A stretch of 38,669 nt of DNA from Candidatus Aenigmatarchaeota archaeon (lineage in GTDB: Archaea > Aenigmatarchaeota > Aenigmatarchaeia > CG10238-14 > SCSR01): positions 1 through 38,669 of the forward strand of contig JAWADS010000005.1 of the NCBI GenBank assembly GCA_038998625.1, read 5' to 3'. Of the stretch, positions 31,861 through 38,669 are shown in pieces (the first letter of the stretch is position 1; the number at the start of each line of letters is the position of its first letter). The notes below the pieces were generated by a model. That model was not told the origin of the DNA. It saw nothing but the letters and a program-made list of their open reading frames with translations, and searched no databases. The translations under genes were made by a program, and so were the position numbers.

Positions 31861-33975
31861 TTACTTAATTTTTGGTTTATATCTGTTCAACAACATTGAA
31901 TTTCCAACTACTGTTATGGAGCTTAAAGCCATTGCTATAGCTGCATAGATTGGGTTCAAAAGAATTCTGAAAAACGGATACAAGATACCAGCAGCTATGG
32001 GTATTAATCCTATATTGTAAATAAACGCCCAAAATAAATTTTCTTTCATCTTTCTTACAGTTTTTCTACTTAAATCTATAGCAGTAACTACATCTCGCAA
32101 ATCATTTCTAATTAAAATGATTCCTCCGGTTTCCTTAGCTATATCTGTTCCTGCTCCCACTGCTATACCAACATCAGCTTGTGCTAACATAGGAGCATCA
32201 TTTATTCCATCTCCTACTGCAGCTACAATTTTTCCTTTTTCCTGCAACTCTTTAACTTTCTTTGCTTTGTCTTGGGGCAAAACTTGTGCCATAATTTTAT
32301 CTTCATCTATTCTTAGCTGCTTAGCTATGGCCTTAGCAGTTCTTTCGTTGTCACCAGTGATTAACCAAACTTCTTTTTTCATTTTCTTTAATTCTTCTAT
32401 AGCTTCTTTAGAAAATTCTTTTAGAGTATCTGCTATTGCAATTATTCCTATGATTTTTTTTCCATAGGCAACGATTACTGCAGTTTTACCTTCTTCCTCA
32501 AGTTTTTGAATTTGTTGCTCAATTGCTCCAGTAGAAAATCCATTCTCTTCCATAAAGGTTCTGTTGCCTATTAATATTATTCTGTTCATGTATTTTCCCT
32601 TAATACCCTTTCCTGATACAGTTTCATAATTTCTCAAAGAAGGTAATTTCATTCCCTTTTCCTCTGCTTTTTTTATAATGGCTTGAGCTATGGGATGTTC
32701 AGAGCCTTTTTCAACAATTGCGGCAAGACGTAAAACTTCTTCTTCACTTGTATTAATTGCAATGATATCCGTAACCTCAGGTTCACCTTTTGTTAGCGTG
32801 CCAGTTTTATCAAAGACAATTGAATTTAATTTATAAGTCTTCTCCAAAAATTCGCCACTCTTAATTAAAATTCCATATTGAGCACCTTTACTCGCACCTA
32901 TCATTATAGCTGCTGGTGTAGCAATGCCTAAAGCGCAAGGACAAGCAATAATTAAAACAGCTATCAATACAGTTAAAGCTAAAGAAAATGGAAAACTTCC
33001 TACAAAATACCAGAATAGAAAACTTGCTATGGCAATAAAAATAACTGAAGGGACAAAATAAGCTGAAACTAAATCAGCTAATCTTTGCATAGGAGCTCTA
33101 GTGAGTATAGCTTCTTGAACCATTTTTATAATTTGCGAAAAAGTAGTATCCGCCCCAACTTTTGTGGCTTTAATTTTTATTAATCCGCTTTTGTTAATAC
33201 TTGCGCCTATGACTTCATCTCCTTCCTTTTTTGTAACAGGCATGCTTTCTCCTGTAAACATAGATTGATCTACAGAAGAAAGTCCTTCTATAACTACTCC
33301 ATCAGTAGGAATTTTTTCTCCCGGCTTAACTATGCAAATGTCTCCAACCTTTATCTGCTCTACAGGAATTTGAATTTCTTTTTCATCTCTAAGAACTCTA
33401 GCCATCCTTGGTTGCAAGTCCAACAATTTTCTTATGGCATAAGAGGCCTTCCTCTTCACCAAATTCTCCATGTATTTTCCAACTAAGATAAAGGCGATTA
33501 TTAAAGCAGATTCTGTAAAATAAACTTCTGTCCCTCGCACCACAACCTTTGGAAAAATTACAGGCCACAAAATCCCTTGAAAGGTGTATATTGTAGAATA
33601 AAGCCATGCTGCTGTTGTGCCAATAGAAATTAAACTATCCATATTGGCTTGTTTTGCCTTTATTGCATCTAACGTTCCTTTATAAAACCTCCATCCTCCA
33701 ATAAATTGGACTGGAGTAGCTAATAAGAAAAGTATAATGTAATTGGGTATGCCAAGGGGTTGTATGGGAAAAATATATTCAAAAATTGCAACGGCACTAC
33801 CTAAAAGTAAGCTAAAAATCGTAACATAAAGCAATTTTCTTAATTCTTTTTGTGGTTTAAGAAAAGTGTTGAGGCAATTTTGGCTACAGAAGTAATAAGT
33901 TATATTATCTTGGGTAGTTTTAAAAGGAGTTTTATTTTCATCAACATACATCCCACAAACTAAATCTTTAGCCAT
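31861..33975 (-). CDS. copA: Cu(I)-translocating P1B-1 ATPase with N-terminal YHS domain
   Basis: KDLVCGM...YFCSQNC, TGES, CPC, DKTGT, SEHP, GDGIND, YN...MALSS. Confidence 0.95.
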   Translation of the reverse strand: MAKDLVCGMYVDENKTPFKTTQDNITYYFCSQNCLNTFLKPQKELRKLLYVTIFSLLLGSAVAIFEYIFPIQPLGIPNYIILFLLATPVQFIGGWRFYKGTLDAIKAKQANMDSLISIGTTAAWLYSTIYTFQGILWPVIFPKVVVRGTEVYFTESALIIAFILVGKYMENLVKRKASYAIRKLLDLQPRMARVLRDEKEIQIPVEQIKVGDICIVKPGEKIPTDGVVIEGLSSVDQSMFTGESMPVTKKEGDEVIGASINKSGLIKIKATKVGADTTFSQIIKMVQEAILTRAPMQRLADLVSAYFVPSVIFIAIASFLFWYFVGSFPFSLALTVLIAVLIIACPCALGIATPAAIMIGASKGAQYGILIKSGEFLEKTYKLNSIVFDKTGTLTKGEPEVTDIIAINTSEEEVLRLAAIVEKGSEHPIAQAIIKKAEEKGMKLPSLRNYETVSGKGIKGKYMNRIILIGNRTFMEENGFSTGAIEQQIQKLEEEGKTAVIVAYGKKIIGIIAIADTLKEFSKEAIEELKKMKKEVWLITGDNERTAKAIAKQLRIDEDKIMAQVLPQDKAKKVKELQEKGKIVAAVGDGINDAPMLAQADVGIAVGAGTDIAKETGGIILIRNDLRDVVTAIDLSRKTVRKMKENLFWAFIYNIGLIPIAAGILYPFFRILLNPIYAAIAMALSSITVVGNSMLLNRYKPKIK

Positions 33976-34192
33976 AAACTCATCAAACAATTGTTATTTT
34001 ATAATACTTTTGAAGGTTTTAATATTTACTTTAATATCTCAATTTTGTGATATATCAGTTTTGTGATGTACTTAAATTATAAAAAATAAAGTTATGCCCA
34101 CTAAAATCAAGGGAGAGATTTTGTAAAAAGTCCTTTAGAAAATTAGATCATATTATAGATCATGCCATAAAAGAAAAAATATAAATTTGTTA

Positions 34193-34798
34193 TCATTGAG
34201 CCAAAGCTTTTTCTACAGCTGCTTGAAAAACTGAATAAGGTTGGGCCCCTACAATAATTTCTCCATTAATAAAAAAAGTAGGAGTTCCCGTAACTCCCAT
34301 GGCTTTACCGTCATTAAAATCTTTTTTGACTTCAGAAGCGTATTTTCCTGAATCTAAGCAAGTATCAAATTTATCAGGATTTAGATTAAGCCTTATGGCA
34401 TAAAGCTTTAAATCTCGAACTGATAGAAATTGTTGGTTTTCAAAAAGTAAATCATGATATTCCCAATATTTCCCTTGCTCCCTTGCACAATTAGCAGCTT
34501 CCGCAGCCTTCCAGCCTTGTTCATGGATAGGAAAATCCCTATAAACCCATCTAACTTGATGAGGATAATTTTGTAAAATCTGTTTAATAGTAGGCTCGAC
34601 CCTTGCACAAAAAGGACATGAGTAATCAGAAAATTCAATTATTTTAACTTTTGCGTCAGCAGGACCTAAAAAAGGATCGTCATCTGCTAAATCTACTAGT
34701 TTTGTCCTAGATGAAATTAAACTATAATTGAGGATTAAAATAATTATTGTTAAAGCAATTAAAAAGATAAGAAACTTTATGCTTATTTTTACTTTCAT
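34193..34798 (-). CDS. dsbA: Second DsbA/BdbD-family oxidoreductase
   Basis: EFSDYSCPFC, GTPTFFING. Confidence 0.92.
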   Translation of the reverse strand: MKVKISIKFLIFLIALTIIILILNYSLISSRTKLVDLADDDPFLGPADAKVKIIEFSDYSCPFCARVEPTIKQILQNYPHQVRWVYRDFPIHEQGWKAAEAANCAREQGKYWEYHDLLFENQQFLSVRDLKLYAIRLNLNPDKFDTCLDSGKYASEVKKDFNDGKAMGVTGTPTFFINGEIIVGAQPYSVFQAAVEKALAQ

Positions 34799-34845
34799 TA
34801 TATCCTTATTAAATTAATTTCATTATATCCTTATTAAATTAATTT
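34793..34845. repeat. Exact 25-bp tandem duplication covering the RBS and start codon
   Basis: TTTCATTATATCCTTATTAAATTAA twice. Confidence 0.9.
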
Positions 34846-34862
34846 AAAAATAATTTAAAAAC

Positions 34863-35225
34863 TTAACACCCGGTAGCCATCCTTCCCATGACTATGTGCA
34901 TAAGTCTATTTGTTTCCTCATTCATATTCTGCTCCATAATCTCATGGGCCCTACTAACCATCATGCTATCCATAAGCCTATCCCCGATTTCTTCAAACTC
35001 ATTGTCTGTTAAAGCAGAACAATTAACATTTGAAATTTGTGTCATAAAACCTCTGCCCATCATGTTCATCATCATAGGCATCATATAAAAATCCATCATT
35101 CTATATCCAGGGTAGGGATATCTAACAAAAGTTATTGCATTCCATAATGCAGCTAACAAAAATCCTATAATAATTCCTATAAGCAGTGTGGCCCAAATTG
35201 CCGATTCAAATTTTTTCTTAGCCAT
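34863..35225 (-). CDS. Met-rich membrane-anchored protein
   Basis: 19 Met in 120 aa; ends MHIVMGRMATGC. Confidence 0.8.
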   Translation of the reverse strand: MAKKKFESAIWATLLIGIIIGFLLAALWNAITFVRYPYPGYRMMDFYMMPMMMNMMGRGFMTQISNVNCSALTDNEFEEIGDRLMDSMMVSRAHEIMEQNMNEETNRLMHIVMGRMATGC

Positions 35226-35507
35226 TCACTCACTTTTTGACAAACTATAATTTTCTTTGAAATATTTGTAAGTCTCATCACTACAAATAAACGGAATTTT
35301 AGGTCGGCCTTCTATCTTTATTTTTCTATCAATTATAATAGTTGGAACGACTTTTATATTAAATCTTTTCATTAAATCCAAAGGCATGCTTTTTGATAAA
35401 TTATAAACTATTAATTCACACTTAGCACATTTCCCTATTTCTATCTCATTTAAAATTTTTTCACAAAGCGGGCAATCGCCCACAAAGGCTTCTATTTTAT
35501 GGGGCAT
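35226..35507 (-). CDS. Small thioredoxin/glutaredoxin-like protein
   Basis: CPLC, CAKC, VVPTIIID. Confidence 0.82.
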   Translation of the reverse strand: MPHKIEAFVGDCPLCEKILNEIEIGKCAKCELIVYNLSKSMPLDLMKRFNIKVVPTIIIDRKIKIEGRPKIPFICSDETYKYFKENYSLSKSE

Positions 35508-35511
35508 CTAA

Positions 35512-35652
35512 TCACTTCACATACTTTCCCGGATTAATCATAAAATTTGCTTGACAATTTTCGCTACAAAAATAATAAGTCTTTCCTTTATAAACTGCTT
35601 TGATTTTCGTGTTTTCATTAACTTGCATTTTACAAACTGGATCAACGGCCAT
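35512..35652 (-). CDS. 46-aa YHS domain protein
   Basis: MAVDPVCKMQVNENTKIKAVYKGKTYYFCSENCQANFMINPGKYVK. Missing from the ORF track. Confidence 0.92.
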   Translation of the reverse strand: MAVDPVCKMQVNENTKIKAVYKGKTYYFCSENCQANFMINPGKYVK

Positions 35653-35663
35653 AATTATCAACA

Positions 35664-36326
35664 TTATCTATAGCCAGATTCTACCCTTGCGAAATCTGTA
35701 ACTGCATCTTGTTGGACCTTGATTTGTTCGGGATTTTCATTGCCATAAGTAATCAAAATTTTATCTAAATCTCTTGGTTTGTAGTTTTCATATTCGTAAT
35801 TTTGCTCCCAACCTTTACCTTCTTTCTTCACATAAAACTTTAAGGTATTAATTCCATCATTGCAATAGGCTGAACCATTATCTAATTTAAAACAATTTTC
35901 ATCAAAACCCATACCAAGAGAATTAAAGAACATTTTAAGAGGAACATTTTTTGCATGGATATGAATAACATACCCTGCACCTGGTCCGGATTCTACATGA
36001 ATATACGGGCTTTTTACATAATATTTTGGTGGGAAGGGAGTTATTCTTTCGCCCTTAAGATAAATTGCTATATCAGCATGCTCATGCGTAGAGCCAACTG
36101 GGCCTATATTAGTAGAAGGAGCAGTTAAGGCCCAATAAACCACATAGCCTAAACCAGAAATTATAAAAAAGATTGTGAGATAAATAATTAGAGATTTTAG
36201 AGAAATCTTTTTATCAATTTTTTTCTTTTGTTCTTTACTTTCAGCGTGCTTAGCTTGAGCATGTTGTTCTAAAGCTTGTTTTGTTTCGAAAATCTTGCCG
36301 CATGTTTCACACTTAAACCCCGACAT
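35664..36326 (-). CDS. C2H2 zinc finger + TM + His-motif extracellular domain protein
   Basis: FKCETCGKIFETKQALEQHAQAKH; HEHAD, IHVE, IHIH. Confidence 0.85.
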   Translation of the reverse strand: MSGFKCETCGKIFETKQALEQHAQAKHAESKEQKKKIDKKISLKSLIIYLTIFFIISGLGYVVYWALTAPSTNIGPVGSTHEHADIAIYLKGERITPFPPKYYVKSPYIHVESGPGAGYVIHIHAKNVPLKMFFNSLGMGFDENCFKLDNGSAYCNDGINTLKFYVKKEGKGWEQNYEYENYKPRDLDKILITYGNENPEQIKVQQDAVTDFARVESGYR

Positions 36327-36340
36327 AAAAATTCATCCAA

Positions 36341-37477
36341 TTATCTGGTTATAACACTTCCGGTGGTCAAATCTTTATAGCCACCATTCCTCCTCATCCA
36401 ATCGGTGCTAGTAAACACAAACCAGCCATCAGCATGTTTTGTAAAAAGCTGTGTTGCTGTAGGGCTAGCAAAGAAAGTGTATTCTATCACATCAGGAGAA
36501 AGCAAAATTGTGGGTACTGCCGTTATATTATACTTACTTATCAAACTCTTTCCTTGATCGGATGAAATATCAAAATTACTTTCTTTTACAATAACTATGC
36601 CCATCCCGCTTAATATTGATTTGTGTATTGAAACATTATAGCATGTGGTGCAGGAATTGTCAATTAACAAAATTAACTCAACCAATCCTTTTATCGTATT
36701 AGTTTCCAAATCTCTATAGGGTGGAATTGTTGTATGTAAAGCATAAAAACCTTCTTTCAAAGTAGCATTCAATTGGCTCCAAAAGGATTGAATAGCTCTA
36801 TATTCAGTTATGTCTTTAGACAAAATCATTGCAGGAATTCTTCTTATCGCAAATTTTTGCATTAAACTCTGGGCCTCACTAGAAGTATAATCTATATCCT
36901 TTTCATCAACAAATCTTACACCAATTGACCTGAATTGATTTATTACATTATCTAACTTGGCACATTTTTCACAAGAGCTATCTACTATTTTTGTAAGTTT
37001 TACCAAACCTTTTACAGAATCAGTGGATAAATCAAAATATGGCGCATCAGGCTCAATTATAACAAGACTACTATTCTTCATATCTCCATTTAACTGGCCC
37101 CAAAGGAGTTGCAGGTCTTGAGTTTTGTTTATTTCTCCTGTTACTACTATTGTTGGTAATTTTCTGATATTATATTTTTGAACCAATTGTTTGCCTTCAA
37201 CAGATGAAAAAGATAAAGTTTTGTTTTCCTTAATCTTTACGTAAGCATCAGATATCCTTGAAAGTTCTGTGAAATAGTTTACACATTCAGTGCAATTGGG
37301 ATTTTCAATAACAGTAACCATTATCTCAGCAGGCCTAAGCTTTTCATTTAAAGTAGATAAAATAAACTGAGTTGTAGCTACTCTTACAACAAGTATGGCT
37401 AATAAAACAATTAACAAAATATTAAGGAAAGAAATTTTTATTTTATGACGTTTTTTATTAGAAATTTTTCTAACCAA
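36341..37477 (-). CDS. Membrane-anchored protein with three tandem CxxC thioredoxin-like repeats
   Basis: CTEC, CEKC and CTTC, each followed by K(Y/F)xI..(L/I/V)P(T/A); repeats joined by PYxDL.T..(V/I)KGLV. Confidence 0.85.
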   Translation of the reverse strand: MVRKISNKKRHKIKISFLNILLIVLLAILVVRVATTQFILSTLNEKLRPAEIMVTVIENPNCTECVNYFTELSRISDAYVKIKENKTLSFSSVEGKQLVQKYNIRKLPTIVVTGEINKTQDLQLLWGQLNGDMKNSSLVIIEPDAPYFDLSTDSVKGLVKLTKIVDSSCEKCAKLDNVINQFRSIGVRFVDEKDIDYTSSEAQSLMQKFAIRRIPAMILSKDITEYRAIQSFWSQLNATLKEGFYALHTTIPPYRDLETNTIKGLVELILLIDNSCTTCYNVSIHKSILSGMGIVIVKESNFDISSDQGKSLISKYNITAVPTILLSPDVIEYTFFASPTATQLFTKHADGWFVFTSTDWMRRNGGYKDLTTGSVITR

Positions 37478-37525
37478 AAGCTTCCACTCCTTTCTTAAGA
37501 ATTATTATCCATCTTACTATAAAGT

Positions 37526-37705
37526 TTAACATCCTCCAACTCCTGATATGCTGGAAGATGCTGCAGCTGCACCTGAAACTACTGGACCTGCAGAAGTTAA
37601 AGTGCTAACTGCAGTCATCATTGACATTAGTTGAATAGTTTGTACCGATACTAAAGCTAATATTGCTATTATTAGTAGTGTAGTCATATTCAATTCTAAA
37701 TTCAC
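37526..37705 (-). CDS. 59-aa membrane peptide ending in VGGC
   Basis: SD AGGAGGTGA then GTG; MNLELNMTTLLIIAILALVSVQTIQLMSMMTAVSTLTSAGPVVSGAAAASSSISGVGGC. Missing from the ORF track. Confidence 0.8.
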   Translation of the reverse strand: MNLELNMTTLLIIAILALVSVQTIQLMSMMTAVSTLTSAGPVVSGAAAASSSISGVGGC

Positions 37706-37709
37706 TTCT

Positions 37710-38213
37710 TCACCTCCTTGTTTTTATTTTACAATAAGTATTTACGCCTTTTAAGGCAAAATAAAAAGAGACGAATAAAATTGTTATGGCTAATATTTTC
37801 GCCGGTAATAGAAAAGGTTTGAATATTGCCACGAACATACCATAAGTTACCCCTAAGGAATAAAGAACTAAAGGCACACAATTTTGGCATGTGGAAATGA
37901 AAAGAGAAGCAATAAAACCACCTAAAGCCGCACTCCCTTCTTGCTTTATACTTTTTTTCAACTCAACAAATTTATAGAAGGAAAGAATTATCGTTAAACT
38001 GGCTAAAACAGGAGCTAAAAAAACAAATAAAAAATTCAAAATTATATTGAAAATTCCTCCTTCAAAAAATTCAAAATGATTAATAAAAATTGTTGGTGTA
38101 AGATAAAGCAAACCCATATTTATTGAGAAAAATAAACCTATCGCGACAGAAAGAATTATTGTTGCAATTAAATATTTATTATCCCGAAGAACTAATTTCA
38201 GCCCTTCCATCAT
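37710..38213 (-). CDS. Membrane protein with intramembrane CQNC motif
   Basis: About 4 TM helices; STCQNCVP; C-terminal YCK. Confidence 0.75.
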   Translation of the reverse strand: MMEGLKLVLRDNKYLIATIILSVAIGLFFSINMGLLYLTPTIFINHFEFFEGGIFNIILNFLFVFLAPVLASLTIILSFYKFVELKKSIKQEGSAALGGFIASLFISTCQNCVPLVLYSLGVTYGMFVAIFKPFLLPAKILAITILFVSFYFALKGVNTYCKIKTRR

Positions 38214-38669
38214 GCTAAGTCACATAAAGCTTTGTTTTGGGCGCAAATAGGATAAAACACAGGCTTCCATTGATCTATCTCTTCTTGTATTTGCTCTCTA
38301 GTTAAGCCATTTTTTAATCCCCATTTGATTAAGCCCGCATAAGCCACATGATGCCCGCATCTACAATCATTATTTTCATTTTCACTTGTTACCCTAAAAC
38401 CACAACAAGGCAACCTGACATTAAAACCTGCAAAATCTTTCTTTTCAGAGTCACTTAAAGTAATAGTTCTATCATACTCTAAAAGTTTTTCATAACCTTC
38501 ATTTGTTAAAGGAAGTTTGGTATATTTTCCGATAGTTGAAGTGTCTACCCCTATAGCCATTGATGTTATACTTGTACCAGAAAGCAAAAATAAAGTTTGA
38601 ATAATTACAAATGCAAAAATAATAACGATGAAAATTTTTTTCGATAACGTCCAAGATTCCTTTTCATTA
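38210..38669 (-). CDS. Membrane-anchored Cys/His-cluster protein (5' end beyond window)
   Basis: Frame is open to the window edge and includes a TM helix; LPCCG...DCRCGHH...FYPIC. Confidence 0.75.
   Translation of the reverse strand, partial: NEKESWTLSKKIFIVIIFAFVIIQTLFLLSGTSITSMAIGVDTSTIGKYTKLPLTNEGYEKLLEYDRTITLSDSEKKDFAGFNVRLPCCGFRVTSENENNDCRCGHHVAYAGLIKWGLKNGLTREQIQEEIDQWKPVFYPICAQNKALCDLA

Noticed and set aside
34040..34165. Short direct repeats upstream of copA (TTTTGTGAT x2, TAGATCAT x2) as a Cu operator
   Set aside because: Too short and AT-rich to distinguish from chance, and no cognate regulator is evident.
1480..35088. Numerous antisense or nested ORFs (e.g. 1480-1857, 2230-2412, 8183-8485, 13622-13912, 20217-20504, 27996-28259, 32117-32467, 34888-35088)
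   Set aside because: They lie opposite or within well-supported genes and show no recognisable motifs.
25066..38669. Selenocysteine or stop-codon recoding in the redox genes
   Set aside because: The CxxC motifs are all Cys-encoded and the ORFs are full length; I found no in-frame TGA at catalytic positions.

Overview
AT-rich archaeal chromosomal segment. The BHB-type tRNA introns, tRNAs without encoded CCA, archaeal Lhr and DUF357 support an archaeon; a DPANN-like lineage is my inference. The left ~24.7 kb is mostly housekeeping: asnS (partial), ftsZ with a PRC-barrel gene, bcp, tmk, lhr, nth, an RHH-smc-scpA-[iscS-thiI]-scpB run, a GGR-family reductase, uppS, class-2 pyrD and a Ku + ATP-dependent ligase (NHEJ) pair. 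It also holds three intron-containing tRNAs; those in Ser-GCT and Asn-GTT sit at the non-canonical 30/31 position. The right ~14 kb is a dense copper/thiol-disulfide island (TrxR, DoxX, DUF59, DUF411, two DsbA, CcdA-like, CopA, YHS proteins and many Cys/Met/His-motif membrane proteins). The strongest candidate for an undescribed system is the asnS leader: TATA box, a 10-codon Asn-rich uORF, a segment that can pair with the acceptor strand, then an aberrant tRNA(GUU)-like element ending 26 nt before asnS, although a normal tRNA-Asn is encoded elsewhere in the window. Several real-looking small ORFs are missing from the supplied ORF track. All protein calls come from motif recognition, not database searches.
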